Assembly: GCA_965208105.1 (NCBI GenBank)
Contig: OZ242318.1
Span: forward strand, 2,528,001-2,592,000
Source of the DNA: Candidatus Latescibacterota bacterium
GTDB taxonomy: Bacteria; Latescibacterota; UBA2968; UBA8231
Length of the DNA stretch: 64,000 bases
Direction of reading: 5' to 3'
In this document: positions 49,852 through 60,566 of the stretch, piece after piece
How positions within the stretch are numbered: the stretch's first letter is position 1
Layout of the letters: each line of letters opens with the position of its first letter
Notes under the pieces: model-generated
Seen by the model: the letters and a program-made list of their open reading frames with translations, nothing else
Told to the model about the DNA's origin: nothing
The model's database searches: none
Program-made: the position numbers and the translations under genes

Positions 49852-50433
49852 TCAGGCGGGGCCCCCTGCCGGCTTCGATCGGCCGGGATTTCGGCGTTCC
49901 TTTCCCCGTGCTTGCCCAGTGGTATCACGCCGGGTGCGCCCGACTCGATCAAGCAGGTCGAGGACCAGGCTCAAATTTGTGGACACCTGCAACAGCTCGG
50001 AGACTTCGGTGCCACTGGCAGGATCGTTAAACCGCCGTTCCACCTCGCGGAATTTTTCCAGCAAAATTTCGTGGAGGCGGCGCAGGCTGCGCGGATCCTC
50101 GGAGGGCAGAAGGTCGCCTTGAAAGAGGGTTTTTGCGAGGTGGATGGCCTTGAGCTCGGCAGCGGAAAGACCAAGGGCGTCGAGCAGCCTGCATTCCTCG
50201 CAGGTGTAGGCGGGCCCATCCAGACCATGGCCGTCACAGCCAGGCGGAAGCAGCCAAAGATCGGTGGCCAGGGTGCGGCTGTGGATCTTCAACGGCTGTT
50301 TCAGTTGGTCGAGGCTGCAGAGGAGAATGTCGCTCACCGGATTTCGGCCCGCGTCGGTTCTGCTGCTGACAATGGCATGGAGCCGGTCTGGATTGCATCG
50401 GCGGGGAAAGAGCCGATGCGGCCCCTGGTTCAA
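49852..50433 (-). CDS. Hypothetical protein with CxxH…CxxC
   Basis: Follows the HD gene in the same orientation; start uncertain. Confidence 0.5.
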   Translation of the reverse strand: MNQGPHRLFPRRCNPDRLHAIVSSRTDAGRNPVSDILLCSLDQLKQPLKIHSRTLATDLWLLPPGCDGHGLDGPAYTCEECRLLDALGLSAAELKAIHLAKTLFQGDLLPSEDPRSLRRLHEILLEKFREVERRFNDPASGTEVSELLQVSTNLSLVLDLLDRVGRTRRDTTGQARGKERRNPGRSKPAGGPA

Positions 50434-50452
50434 GCTCTCAATCTGGGACGCC

Positions 50453-51799
50453 TCAGTTCAGATGGCGTTTCACCTGGCTTCTGACCAGTTCTCGAAGGGC
50501 GGGATCGTCGAGGCAGAATATACGGAAGATCTTGGCCTGATCTTCGAAGTTGAGAAGAAGGGAATCGCGCAGCCGCGAGACTTCCGGATCGTCGAAGGTC
50601 AGGGGGTCCGCCTTGTCGCCGGGCATCTCCTTCCCGTAGAAAACCTTTAGATCTACCTCGGGGCTTTTGTCGAAGCTGGGGATATCGATGAGGATCTCGT
50701 GGCCTTTCAGGTCGCGTCCCAGGCGCCGGCCGAATTCCCGGCACAACTCGATCTCCTTGGCGCGCCGCTTGTGAGGGTTGCGGTAGAGATCGTAGAAATA
50801 ATGCACCAGGTTTTGTTTGCGCTCTCCAGGAGCGATAAAGCTTCCGACTTTGTGAAGACGTCTGAGGAGGGTAATCCTTTTTAGCAGCTGGGCAGACCCT
50901 TCGAGGCCGAGGCGCTCTTGCTCCTGGCGCAGTATGAGGAGCAGTTCGCTCTCGGTAACCCGGTGGAAATCGGAAATTTGCAGGCCGCAGTCCGGGTGCA
51001 GCAGAATGTCCTGGACGGCGCGCTTGAACATGGCCGTCGCCGATCGCACCGAGTGGTGCCAGTAGACGTTGCGGTAGGTCAGGTAATTGGCGAAAATCAG
51101 GGCTTCGACCGCCGACACGCCTTTGCTGGTGATAGCCAGACGCATGTGGCTGGGGTCGAACTTGATGGATGCGATAAGCCGGTCGCGGTTGACGCTTTCG
51201 CCAAAGGGAACCCCGCAGAATAGCGCGTCGCGCAGCAGGTAGTCGATCTTGTCGGGATCGAGTGTGCCGCTCAGAATGTTGGCCAGCAGCATATCGCGGG
51301 GTGGGATGGTGCAGTTTCTGTTCCTGTAGTCGATGACGTTGGCGACGTGCACGGGATCGACCCCGAACTCCCTTTCGAGGATCGGGTATATGCTCCCCTT
51401 CGGGTCCATGATGAGGTGGCGCGCCCGCTCCTCGTGGTGGACGAAATAGGAGGTCAGCTCCTCCAGCGAGTGCGAAAACGGATAGTGTCCGATATCGTGC
51501 AACAAGGTGGCGGCGACGAACACGCGGATATCCTCGTCTTCCAGCACGAGGGGAGGTTCGGATCTGAGCAGGCGGACAAGGAACTGTTTAGCCAGGTGGT
51601 AGACGCCCAGGGAATGTTCAAAGCGCGAATGGCGCGCCCCGGGGTATACCAGGTGGACGAAACCAAGTTGGGTGATGTTGCGAAGGCGCTGGAAGTCTTC
51701 AGTGTCTACAAGGGATAGCACGGGCTCCGGAACGTAGATGTATCCCCACACAGGGTCGCGTATGGCTTTGCCCCGGTTTTCCAGAAGAGGATGATCCAT
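50453..51799 (-). CDS. HD-domain phosphohydrolase (SAMHD1/dNTPase-like)
   Basis: IRDPVWG, FQRLR, HSRFEHSLG, LLHDIGHYPFSH, DPDKIDYLLRD. Confidence 0.9.
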   Translation of the reverse strand: MDHPLLENRGKAIRDPVWGYIYVPEPVLSLVDTEDFQRLRNITQLGFVHLVYPGARHSRFEHSLGVYHLAKQFLVRLLRSEPPLVLEDEDIRVFVAATLLHDIGHYPFSHSLEELTSYFVHHEERARHLIMDPKGSIYPILEREFGVDPVHVANVIDYRNRNCTIPPRDMLLANILSGTLDPDKIDYLLRDALFCGVPFGESVNRDRLIASIKFDPSHMRLAITSKGVSAVEALIFANYLTYRNVYWHHSVRSATAMFKRAVQDILLHPDCGLQISDFHRVTESELLLILRQEQERLGLEGSAQLLKRITLLRRLHKVGSFIAPGERKQNLVHYFYDLYRNPHKRRAKEIELCREFGRRLGRDLKGHEILIDIPSFDKSPEVDLKVFYGKEMPGDKADPLTFDDPEVSRLRDSLLLNFEDQAKIFRIFCLDDPALRELVRSQVKRHLN

Positions 51800-51807
51800 G
51801 GCCGGCG

Positions 51808-51836
51808 AATGTAGCTCTGCCGCAAAGCCCTGTCAA
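51808..51836 (-). promoter_or_regulatory. Sigma70-like promoter TTGACA-N17-TACATT for the HD gene
   Basis: Read directly; the -10 box ends 8 bp before the ATG. Confidence 0.65.
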
Positions 51837-51948
51837 GTTCAGGTTCCCCATGGAGAGCGGTGGAACCAGACTGGATCCAGAGGCGAAATTTAATGGTTAA
51901 CTATATATTTTACTCCTATTTATGATATATTTTCCAGATTCCGGATAG

Positions 51949-51977
51949 TTGACGCAGCGCAGATGATTCCTTATTAT
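51949..51977 (+). promoter_or_regulatory. Sigma70-like promoter TTGACG-N17-TATTAT for the ndk operon
   Basis: Read directly, downstream of an AT-rich UP-like tract. Confidence 0.7.
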
Positions 51978-52034
51978 AGACGGTTTCCCAAAACGGTGTA
52001 GACCTGTAGCCACCTGCAGCCCGGGTTCATCCAT

Positions 52035-52442
52035 ATGGAACGCACATTGATGATCATCAAGCCGGACGCCGTCGCCAGAAGCGCGACGGGCGAGATTTTG
52101 CGCCGGGTCGAGGCCGAGGGGTTCGTGCTGCGCCGTTTGCACATGAGGCACCTTTCCAGGGAGCAGGCCGAAGGATTCTACGCCGTTCACAAGGAACGGC
52201 CGTTTTTCGCCGACCTTGTCGAGTTCATGATCTCCGGACCAGTGGTCCCCATGGTGCTGGAACGCGAAAATGCCGTAGCCCATCTGCGGCGATTCATTGG
52301 TGAGACGGACAGCAGCAAGGCCGCCGCGGGCACGATACGACGGGATTTTGGCACGGACGTCCAGTGCAACGCGGTCCATGCCTCCGATTCGGTTGAGAAT
52401 GCGGCTCGGGAGATCGCCTATCTCTTTGCCGGAGATTCCTGA
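52035..52442 (+). CDS. ndk: Nucleoside diphosphate kinase
   Basis: [28 protein letters not shown]. Confidence 0.97.
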   Translation: MERTLMIIKPDAVARSATGEILRRVEAEGFVLRRLHMRHLSREQAEGFYAVHKERPFFADLVEFMISGPVVPMVLERENAVAHLRRFIGETDSSKAAAGTIRRDFGTDVQCNAVHASDSVENAAREIAYLFAGDS

Positions 52443-52990
52443 TGCCTGCACGGAAGATCGACGCTGCTTCCACCACCCTTGTGCTCGACGAATTGGACGA
52501 AGGGACCTCCCTGATCGAACTGGAGATATCCCCTCCGGACCTGGAGCTGGAAGACAGCTATTTCAACTTCCCCGGGTCCCTCCGGGCCTCTCTCGAGGTA
52601 AGCCGCAGCATCAATACCTATACAGTCAGCGGCAAGATCAGCGGCCTGATCCAATCCGAGTGCTGCCGCTGCCTGGCCGAGGTAGACCAGATTCTGGAGG
52701 CCCCCATGCGCATGCTGTTTCAGCGCAGGCAGGCCAGCGAGGAAGAGTTGGAGGCTGTCGCCGCGGACGAAGATATGGAGATCTACGATCCGGGAACCCG
52801 GGAGATCGACCTGAAGAGCCAGATCTGCGACGCGGTCGTTCTCGAACTCCCCTTGAGAATCTTCTGCAGCGATACCTGCAGGGGCCTCTGTCCCCAATGC
52901 GGCCAGGACTTGAACCAAGAAGCATGCAACTGCAAGGCCGAAGCCGAGGACCCGCGCTGGGCGGCCCTCAAGAAGGTTAAATTTTCCTGA
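52442..52990 (+). CDS. DUF177/YceD family protein
   Basis: CCRCL, CRGLCPQCG, DPRWAAL; upstream of rpmF. Confidence 0.9.
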   Translation: MPARKIDAASTTLVLDELDEGTSLIELEISPPDLELEDSYFNFPGSLRASLEVSRSINTYTVSGKISGLIQSECCRCLAEVDQILEAPMRMLFQRRQASEEELEAVAADEDMEIYDPGTREIDLKSQICDAVVLELPLRIFCSDTCRGLCPQCGQDLNQEACNCKAEAEDPRWAALKKVKFS

Positions 52991-53039
52991 TCCTCCACCT
53001 CCTGAGGTGTGGGCCCATTGCCGAAAGGAAAAAGTCAAA

Positions 53040-53222
53040 ATGCCTGCCGTACCTAAAAGGCGCATTTCGCGCACGCGCCGGAACAAGCGCCGAACCCACT
53101 GGAAAATGGCCGCGCCGGCCACCACCACCTGCTCCCATTGCGGCCAACCCGCCGTGCCCCATCGAGTCTGCAGCAGTTGCGGGTTCTATCGCGGAAGAGA
53201 GTACGTCGAAGCGGAGGTTTAG
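53040..53222 (+). CDS. rpmF: 50S ribosomal protein L32
   Basis: AVPKRRISRTRRNKRR, CSHCG…HRVCSSCGFY. Confidence 0.97.
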   Translation: MPAVPKRRISRTRRNKRRTHWKMAAPATTTCSHCGQPAVPHRVCSSCGFYRGREYVEAEV

Positions 53223-53375
53223 CTCGGGCACATCCACTCCGGGGCACGCGGATTTCTGAAATATCCACTGGTTCCAGAGCGAGGCCGGGAGCGTGGCGAA
53301 TGCCGCCGCGGCTGTCCCGCCGATTCCCCGGGGATGCTGACAGCAATGAAGCCGATTCAGACGAGAGGGATTTGA

Positions 53376-54380
53376 GTGCCCGCGCGCGGGAAAAAATACA
53401 ACGCCATCATCTCGGCTGTCGAACACAGCCTGCCAGAAAAGGTCCTGACCAACTCCGACCTGGAAAAGATCATCGATACCTCCGATGCCTGGATTCGCGA
53501 GCGCACGGGAATCGTCGAACGGCGTATCCTTCAGGGGCAGCCCACATCGGCAATGGCCGTCGAGGTCGCGCGGAAGATCCTGGAGCGCCGGCAACTGGAT
53601 CCAGGGGAAATCGACCTCATCATCGTGGCGACCATCACTCCCGACATGGTCTTTCCCTCCACGGCATGCCTCGTGCAGGACAAGATCGGGGCCACCCGGG
53701 CATGGGCTTACGATCTGTCCGCCGCCTGTTCGGGTTTTGTCTATGCCCTGGCCGCAGGAGCTCAGTGCATAGAAAGCGGAGCACACCGCAAGGTGCTGGT
53801 CATAGGAGCCGACAAGATGAGCGCCATCACCGACTTTGAGGACAGGTCAACCTGTATCCTCTTTGGAGACGGCGGCGGCGGCGTTCTGCTCGAGCGCTCG
53901 GAGGACCATGGGCTGGGCCTGCTCGATTTCGAGTTGCGCGCCGACGGCTCGGGAGTCGAGTGCCTCCACATGAAAGGTGGGGGCAGCCTCCACCCCGCCT
54001 CGCACGAATCCGTGGACCAGCGCCTGCACTACATCCGGCAGGAGGGACGCACCGTCTTCAAGTTCGCCGTGCTGAAGATGGCGGAATCGTCCATGGAGCT
54101 GCTGGAAAGGAACGGCCTGACCAGTGCAGACCTGAGCCTCTTCATACCCCACCAGGCCAATTTGCGCATAATCAACGCCACCGCCGAGCGCATGAACCTG
54201 CCTCCCGAAAAGGTGGCGATCAACATCGACCGCTACGGCAACACCACCGCCGGCACGATTCCCATCGCCTTGTCCGAAGCTCACGAGGAAGGACGGCTGG
54301 ACGTAGGAGACCTCCTCCTGATGACCGCGGTCGGCGGTGGGCTGACATGGGGGAGCGCACTCTTCCGCTGGGCGATATGA
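53376..54380 (+). CDS. fabH: 3-oxoacyl-ACP synthase III
   Basis: AACSGF, PHQANLRI, GNTTAG. Confidence 0.96.
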   Translation: MPARGKKYNAIISAVEHSLPEKVLTNSDLEKIIDTSDAWIRERTGIVERRILQGQPTSAMAVEVARKILERRQLDPGEIDLIIVATITPDMVFPSTACLVQDKIGATRAWAYDLSAACSGFVYALAAGAQCIESGAHRKVLVIGADKMSAITDFEDRSTCILFGDGGGGVLLERSEDHGLGLLDFELRADGSGVECLHMKGGGSLHPASHESVDQRLHYIRQEGRTVFKFAVLKMAESSMELLERNGLTSADLSLFIPHQANLRIINATAERMNLPPEKVAINIDRYGNTTAGTIPIALSEAHEEGRLDVGDLLLMTAVGGGLTWGSALFRWAI

Positions 54381-55330
54381 CCGACTTTGCCTTTTTGTTT
54401 CCGGGACAGGCCTCGCAGTTTGTGGGCATGGGGAAGGACCTCTACGAAGATTCCGCGGCAGCCCGCGCCATTTTCGATGAGGCCGACGAAGTGATGGGAA
54501 CTGCGCTGACCGAGCTGTGTTTCTCCGGACCCAGGGAGGCCCTGCAACAGACAGCAATCACCCAGCCGGCAGTCTTCGTGCACAGCGTGGCCGCCTGCCG
54601 GCTCCTTCAAGCCCATGGGTTGGAGCCCGCCTTCGTGGCAGGGCACAGCCTGGGGGAATACTCGGCCCTGGTGGCCGCGGGTTCCCTCGCCTACAGGGAA
54701 GGGCTGGAACTGGTCAAGAGGCGCGGACAACTGATGCAGCAGGCCGGCGCGGACTCCCCCGGAACCATGGCCGCCATTATCGGCCTGGACGACGAGGTGG
54801 TCAGCGCGCTTTGCCAGCAGGCCGGGGAGGCGGGGACCGTGGTTGCTGCCAACTTCAATGCACCTGGCCAGGTGGCCGTATCGGGGGAGACAGCCGCCGT
54901 TGAGCGGGTACGGGAATTGGCCCTGGAAGCCGGGGCCAAGCGGGCTTTGGAGCTGGAGGTCAGCGGCGCATTTCACTCACCCCTGATGGAGCCGGCCGCC
55001 CGCGAGATGAGGGAGATCCTTCAGGAAGCGGAAATAAGAACACCCGGCTCCCCGGTAGTTACCAACGTCGCCGCCCGCCCCGTAGGCCATCCGGAGGAAC
55101 TGCGCAAGCACCTGATCGCCCAGATTACTCAACCGGTGCGCTGGACCGAGTCCATCCTCTCCCTGCACGCCAACGGCGTGGTGCGCGCCGCAGAGGTGGG
55201 ACCGGGGGCCGTGTTGAAGGGGCTGGTACGGCGCATCGAACGCCGCATGCGGGTAATTTCGGCAGGCACGGCTGCGGACCTCGCCGCCGCGGCCGCCAAC
55301 ATTGGAACAGGCCAAGCTTCGCGCCGGTAA
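54377..55330 (+). CDS. fabD: Malonyl-CoA:ACP transacylase
   Basis: FLFPGQASQ, GHSLGE, GAFHS; ATG overlaps the fabH stop. Confidence 0.96.
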   Translation: MTDFAFLFPGQASQFVGMGKDLYEDSAAARAIFDEADEVMGTALTELCFSGPREALQQTAITQPAVFVHSVAACRLLQAHGLEPAFVAGHSLGEYSALVAAGSLAYREGLELVKRRGQLMQQAGADSPGTMAAIIGLDDEVVSALCQQAGEAGTVVAANFNAPGQVAVSGETAAVERVRELALEAGAKRALELEVSGAFHSPLMEPAAREMREILQEAEIRTPGSPVVTNVAARPVGHPEELRKHLIAQITQPVRWTESILSLHANGVVRAAEVGPGAVLKGLVRRIERRMRVISAGTAADLAAAAANIGTGQASRR

Positions 55331-55430
55331 ACCCCGGTGGATATCCTTCCCGGAGCCAGGAGACCGCCCGCCTTCCGTCCATGTCTTTCACCTGCACCGG
55401 CCATTCGCCATCAGGCCAACGAGGACAATT

Positions 55431-56177
55431 ATGCAACCACTTCTTGGAAAGGTAGCCCTGGTAACGGGAGGGTCGCGCGGCATCGGCCGGGCCATCGCCC
55501 TTCGCCTTGCCGAGGCCGGCGCGAGTGTGGCCGTTTGCTCTCGCAATCTGGAAGCGGCCCAAGCCGTCGGGGACGAAATATCGGCCGGGGGGGGGAATTT
55601 TCTCGCACGGCAAAGCGACGTGGCCGATGCTGCCCAGGTCGACCAGCTTATCAAGGATATCACGGCTACCCTGGGGAGTCTGGACATCCTCGTGAACAAC
55701 GCCGGGATCAACCGGGACAACCTGCTGCTGCGCATGAAGGAAGAAGAGTGGGACAGGGTAATGGACATCAATTTGAAAGGCACCTTCAACTGCTGCAAGG
55801 CTGCCGCCCGGCCCATGGTCAAGGCCCGGGGCGGGCGCATTGTCAACATTTCTTCCGTCGTGGGCATCAGCGGCAATCCCGGACAGGCCAACTACGCCGC
55901 CTCCAAGGCCGGCTTGATCGGCTTTACCAAGACTCTGGCGCGGGAATTGGCCTCCAGGAGCATCACCGCAAACGTCGTGGCTCCGGGCCTGATCTCCGAA
56001 ACCGGGATGACCTCCGACCTGCCCTCACAAGTGGTGGATCAAATGTTGGCGCAAATTCCACTGGGACGCCCCGGCACGCCCGACGATGTCGCCCGGGCCG
56101 TCCTCTTCTTGACCTCGGACCACGGGGCATACATTACAGGGCAGGTAATTCAGGTCGACGGCGGCATGGCCATGTAG
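55431..56177 (+). CDS. fabG: 3-oxoacyl-ACP reductase
   Basis: [20 protein letters not shown]. Confidence 0.96.
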   Translation: MQPLLGKVALVTGGSRGIGRAIALRLAEAGASVAVCSRNLEAAQAVGDEISAGGGNFLARQSDVADAAQVDQLIKDITATLGSLDILVNNAGINRDNLLLRMKEEEWDRVMDINLKGTFNCCKAAARPMVKARGGRIVNISSVVGISGNPGQANYAASKAGLIGFTKTLARELASRSITANVVAPGLISETGMTSDLPSQVVDQMLAQIPLGRPGTPDDVARAVLFLTSDHGAYITGQVIQVDGGMAM

Positions 56178-56262
56178 CTGGACTTTCTCCATCTTTTTTT
56201 TATACTTGCTTGTGTTGCCGAAAAAATTACAACCCAAACTCAATTTTCACGGAGGTTTCAAA

Positions 56263-56502
56263 ATGTCTTCTATCGATGAGCGCGTAAGCGATCTGGTCGT
56301 CGAACAACTGGGTGTAAGCCAGGATCAGGTTACTCCCGAGGCTTCGTTCATCGATGATCTGGGGGCTGATTCCCTGGACACCGTCGAGCTGGTCATGGCC
56401 TTCGAGGAAGAATTCGGAATCGACATTCCGGACGAGGACGCCGAGAAGATCGTGACCGTTTCCGACGCCATTAAATATCTGGACGAGCACAGCAAAGCCT
56501 GA
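56263..56502 (+). CDS. acpP: Acyl carrier protein
   Basis: [20 protein letters not shown]. Confidence 0.97.
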   Translation: MSSIDERVSDLVVEQLGVSQDQVTPEASFIDDLGADSLDTVELVMAFEEEFGIDIPDEDAEKIVTVSDAIKYLDEHSKA

Positions 56503-56522
56503 GCTTATCGGGGAGCGATTCC

Positions 56523-57767
56523 TTGTCTAGACGAAGAGTAGCAATCACAGGGGTGGGCGTTCTGGCGCCCAACGGCAACGATTTCGAGTCCTTCTGGAAC
56601 AACCTCCTCAACGGCCGCTCCGGCATCGGTCTGATCACCCACTTCGACACCTCGGACCACGCCGTAAAAATCGCCGGCGAGGTCAAGAATTTCGACCCTT
56701 CGGTTGCGCTTGACCGCAAGGAGGTCCGGCGCAACGATCCCTTCGTCCATTACGCAGTCTATGTCGCGGACCAGGCCGTCGCCGACGCCGGGCTCGATAT
56801 GGCCGCTCTCGATTCAGATCGGGTCGGTGTCATCTTCGGTTCCGGCATAGGTGGGATCAATGCACTGGAGAATCAGCATTCCACCCTGATGCGAAGAGGT
56901 CCCAGGCGAATAAGTCCGTTCTTCGTGCCCATGATGATCAGTGACATGTCGGCGGGCATGATCTCCATGAAATTCGGCGCCAAGGGACCCAACTACACCA
57001 CCGTATCGGCCTGTTCGTCCGCGGCTCACGCCATTGGCGAGGCCGCCCGCAAGATTCAGTACGGAGAGGCCGACGTCATGATCACGGGCGGCTCCGAAGC
57101 AGCGATTTCGCCCATATCGCTGGCGGGGTTTACCTCCGCCCAGGCCCTGTCCCCTCGCAACGACGAGCCCGAGCGCGCCAGCCGCCCTTTTGACGCCGAG
57201 CGCAATGGCTTCGTTATCGGCGAAGGAGGGGGCGGCCTGGTGCTTGAAGAGCTGGAGCAGGCTCGCCGCCGCGGCGCCAGCATCTGGGGCGAGTTCCTGG
57301 GGCTTGGATTCACGGCGGACGCCTACCACCAGACTGCCATGGCTCCCGGGGGCGAAGGAGGGGCGCGGGCAATGAGAGTGGCTCTCGGCGACGCGAGTGT
57401 ATCCCCTGGAGACATCGGATATCTGAATGCGCATGGAACCTCCACGCCACTGGGAGACAGCGAAGAAACCGCAGCGGTCAAGACCGCGTTCGGCGCGGAC
57501 GTCAACTCACTCGCCATTAGTTCGACCAAGTCGATGACAGGCCATCTGCTGGGTGCCGCGGGAGCTGTCGAGACCATTGCGTGCCTGGGCGCGCTCAAGC
57601 TCGGCGTCCTGCCGCCCACCATCAACTACGAACATCCGGACCCGGCCTGTGACCTCGACTACGTCCCCAATTCCGCCCGGGAAGCCGACGTTCGCTATGC
57701 GATGAATAATTCCTTCGGCTTCGGCGGACACAATGTCTCCCTGGTCTTCGGGCGTTTTGATGGTTGA
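56523..57767 (+). CDS. fabF: 3-oxoacyl-ACP synthase II
   Basis: SACSS, NAHGTST, KSMTGHLLG, NSFGFGG. Confidence 0.97.
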   Translation: MSRRRVAITGVGVLAPNGNDFESFWNNLLNGRSGIGLITHFDTSDHAVKIAGEVKNFDPSVALDRKEVRRNDPFVHYAVYVADQAVADAGLDMAALDSDRVGVIFGSGIGGINALENQHSTLMRRGPRRISPFFVPMMISDMSAGMISMKFGAKGPNYTTVSACSSAAHAIGEAARKIQYGEADVMITGGSEAAISPISLAGFTSAQALSPRNDEPERASRPFDAERNGFVIGEGGGGLVLEELEQARRRGASIWGEFLGLGFTADAYHQTAMAPGGEGGARAMRVALGDASVSPGDIGYLNAHGTSTPLGDSEETAAVKTAFGADVNSLAISSTKSMTGHLLGAAGAVETIACLGALKLGVLPPTINYEHPDPACDLDYVPNSAREADVRYAMNNSFGFGGHNVSLVFGRFDG

Positions 57768-57773
57768 GACGAA

Positions 57774-58694
57774 ATGAGCTGGCTTGCAGCCCTCAGAAGC
57801 CGTCTCATACCCCCACCCGGCCTTCGCGCAGCCGCCAAAGCGGTTTCCCGGCGCCGCCTTCCCTCGCCCTACCGGCGAGGATACGGCCCCATCGGTCGCC
57901 TGGCCCACGGGCTTTTTGCCCGCCCCCACGGACCCCAGAGGATCTCGGCAAGGTTTCTCCTTGGCCGCCGCTACCGCCTGACCATACCGGACGGATTGTC
58001 TGCCGACACCCTGCGGGAACTGGAAGAGAAGATAGACTACCGGTTCGGCGATCTTTCGCTCCTGGTCACCGCCCTCAAGCACCGCTCGTACGTCTACGCG
58101 CTGCATGGGCACGGCATCGAATCAAACGAAAGGCTCGAGTACCTGGGAGATGCCGTCCTGGACCTGGTCGTCGCCGATTTCCTCTTCCGCAGGTTCAATG
58201 ACAAACGCGAGGGGGACCTGACCCAGATGAAGTCCCTGATCGTAAGCCGCGCAATCCTCGCCCAGAAAGCGCGCAACATCGACCTGGGTCGATATGTCCT
58301 CCTGAGTCCCGAGGAACACAGCGCCGGTGGGGCGAAGCAGCCTTCCATCCTCTGCGATGCCTTTGAAGCCCTTATCGGGGTAATCTACCTTGACGGCGGG
58401 ATCGGAGCTGGACGAAACTTCGTCGAGCGCTTCGTGTTGAACGATTTTGACGAAATGATCCGGCGCGACGACTACATCAACTTCAAGAGCAAATTGCTGG
58501 AGCACACCCAGAGCACGGGCTGCGGACATCCCAAGTATATGGTCCACGCCGAGGAAGGGCCGGACCACCGCAAGGTGTTCAGCGTCGAGGTGAGCGTGAA
58601 TACCGAAAAGCTGGGCTGGGGAAGGGGGCGCAGCAAAAAAGAAGCTCAACAGATGGCAGCCAGGGATGCACTCCAGCGTCTGGGCACACTGTGA
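57774..58694 (+). CDS. rnc: Ribonuclease III
   Basis: NERLEYLGDAVL, DAFEALIG, dsRBD; long basic N-terminal extension. Confidence 0.93.
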   Translation: MSWLAALRSRLIPPPGLRAAAKAVSRRRLPSPYRRGYGPIGRLAHGLFARPHGPQRISARFLLGRRYRLTIPDGLSADTLRELEEKIDYRFGDLSLLVTALKHRSYVYALHGHGIESNERLEYLGDAVLDLVVADFLFRRFNDKREGDLTQMKSLIVSRAILAQKARNIDLGRYVLLSPEEHSAGGAKQPSILCDAFEALIGVIYLDGGIGAGRNFVERFVLNDFDEMIRRDDYINFKSKLLEHTQSTGCGHPKYMVHAEEGPDHRKVFSVEVSVNTEKLGWGRGRSKKEAQQMAARDALQRLGTL

Positions 58695-59581
58695 TGCGGG
58701 CATGGCGCTTCGTCGATTCCGGAAAGGCGCGCGGCGCCTTCAACATGGCGGTGGACGAAACCCTGGCGGAAGGACTGAGAGACGGGGAAGGAATGCCGGT
58801 CCTTCGCATGTTCGGCTGGAATCCCCCTGCGGTTTCCCTTGGCTATAATCAGCTTCTTCACAGGGAAGTTGATGTTGAAAAGTGCAGGAGGGCTGGAATC
58901 GACGTGGTTCGGCGTCCAACAGGCGGCCGCGCAGTGCTGCACTGGGAAGAATTGACCTACAGCGTGATCTGCCCGGAGGGCGATGCGAAGCTGGGAGGCA
59001 CCATCGACCTCACCTGCCGGATCGTCGGTGAATGTCTGGCGCTCGGGTTGCAACTCTTCGGAGTCGACGCCACCCTTGAATTGGCTGGGCCTAAAAGGAA
59101 TGCCCTGCGGCCGCGGACCGCGGCGGCGCCGTGTTTCTCCAGCATCTCGCGATGGGAAGTAACCTGCAAAGGCCGTAAATTGATTGGCAGCGCCCAGCGC
59201 CGCATGCAGGGTGTGATCCTGCAGCATGGATCGCTGCTGCTCGGGGCGCAGCACAGAAAGCTGGTGGAGCTGCTGCCGACCTCCGCTCGACCCGTTCGCG
59301 CGCAGTGGACAAGGAGGTTGGAAGAGGGCAGCATTCACCTCCAGGCCTGCACCCCGCAAAAGGTCGACACCTCCGCCCTGGCAGCCTGCCTGGCCGAGGG
59401 CTTCCGCCGCCACTTGCAGGTGGAGATGCAGCCCGAGACTCTGAATTTTCCGGAAAGGCAGCGTGCCGAAGAGCTGATGGCCGAGAAATACGACGACCGC
59501 GAATGGACCTGGAACGCCAGCGCCGGCGCGCAAGAAGCGGCGGCCGGCAGGCCGGGAGTGGAGTCAGGGTTGAATGTCTGA
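58694..59581 (+). CDS. Lipoate-protein ligase/octanoyltransferase (LipM/LplA-like)
   Basis: [28 protein letters not shown]. Confidence 0.9.
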   Translation: MRAWRFVDSGKARGAFNMAVDETLAEGLRDGEGMPVLRMFGWNPPAVSLGYNQLLHREVDVEKCRRAGIDVVRRPTGGRAVLHWEELTYSVICPEGDAKLGGTIDLTCRIVGECLALGLQLFGVDATLELAGPKRNALRPRTAAAPCFSSISRWEVTCKGRKLIGSAQRRMQGVILQHGSLLLGAQHRKLVELLPTSARPVRAQWTRRLEEGSIHLQACTPQKVDTSALAACLAEGFRRHLQVEMQPETLNFPERQRAEELMAEKYDDREWTWNASAGAQEAAAGRPGVESGLNV

Positions 59582-60557
59582 AACTCCTCTATTACGGGTT
59601 CGCGACCTGAGGACCTATTTCTACACGGAAGAAGGCGTCGGCCGTGCAGTGGACGGAGTCACCTTCGAGGTGGACCGCGGGGAAACCCTGGGACTGGTAG
59701 GGGAGAGTGGTTGCGGCAAGAGCGTGAGCGCCCTGTCGGTAATGCGCCTGGTCCCCGAGCCTCCCGGTAAAATCGAATCCGGGCAGATTCTGCTGAAGGA
59801 GCGAAATCTGCTGGAGCTGACCGAAGACGACATGTGCGCCATTCGCGGAGACGACGTGGCCATGATCTTCCAGGAGCCCATGACCAGCCTGAATCCGGTT
59901 CTGACCTGCGGCTACCAGATTGTGGAAGCCGTACTGCTGCACCAGGAGGTTTCAAAGCAGGAGGCCCGGGCAAGGGCCATCGAGATGCTGAAGATGGTCG
60001 GCATTCCCGCTCCCGAACAGCGCATCGACGACTACCCGCATCAATTGAGCGGCGGGATGCGCCAGCGCGTCATGATCGCCATGGCGCTGTCCTGCAATCC
60101 GGACCTGTTGATTGCCGACGAGCCCACCACGGCACTCGACGTGACCATCCAGGCTCAAATCCTCGAACTGCTGGAGCGTCTGCAGGAGGACCTGAGCATG
60201 GCCATACTGTTGATCACCCACGACCTGGGAGTGATCGCCGAAACAGCCGACCGGATAGCGGTCATGTACGCGGGGAAGATCGTCGAGTACGCGTCCACGG
60301 AAAAACTGTTCGGAAATCCCTCACATCCCTATTCCGAGGGGCTTATGCATTCCATTCCCCGCCTGGGCCAACTCCGGGAACGCCTGGAGATCATCCCTGG
60401 CATAGTTCCCGATTCCAGGTACTTTCCAAAGGGGTGCCGGTTCTCTCCCCGCTGTCCCCTCGCCGATGCGCACTGCAGGGAGGAGGAACCCCGGCTGGAA
60501 AAACTGGAAGAAGGACACTGGGTCAGCTGCTGGAAGGCAGAATCAGGAGGGGGTTGA
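59574..60557 (+). CDS. Oligopeptide ABC ATPase (OppD/DppD-like)
   Basis: [26 protein letters not shown]. Confidence 0.92.
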   Translation: MSETPLLRVRDLRTYFYTEEGVGRAVDGVTFEVDRGETLGLVGESGCGKSVSALSVMRLVPEPPGKIESGQILLKERNLLELTEDDMCAIRGDDVAMIFQEPMTSLNPVLTCGYQIVEAVLLHQEVSKQEARARAIEMLKMVGIPAPEQRIDDYPHQLSGGMRQRVMIAMALSCNPDLLIADEPTTALDVTIQAQILELLERLQEDLSMAILLITHDLGVIAETADRIAVMYAGKIVEYASTEKLFGNPSHPYSEGLMHSIPRLGQLRERLEIIPGIVPDSRYFPKGCRFSPRCPLADAHCREEEPRLEKLEEGHWVSCWKAESGGG

Positions 60558-60566
60558 GGCTCGCAG

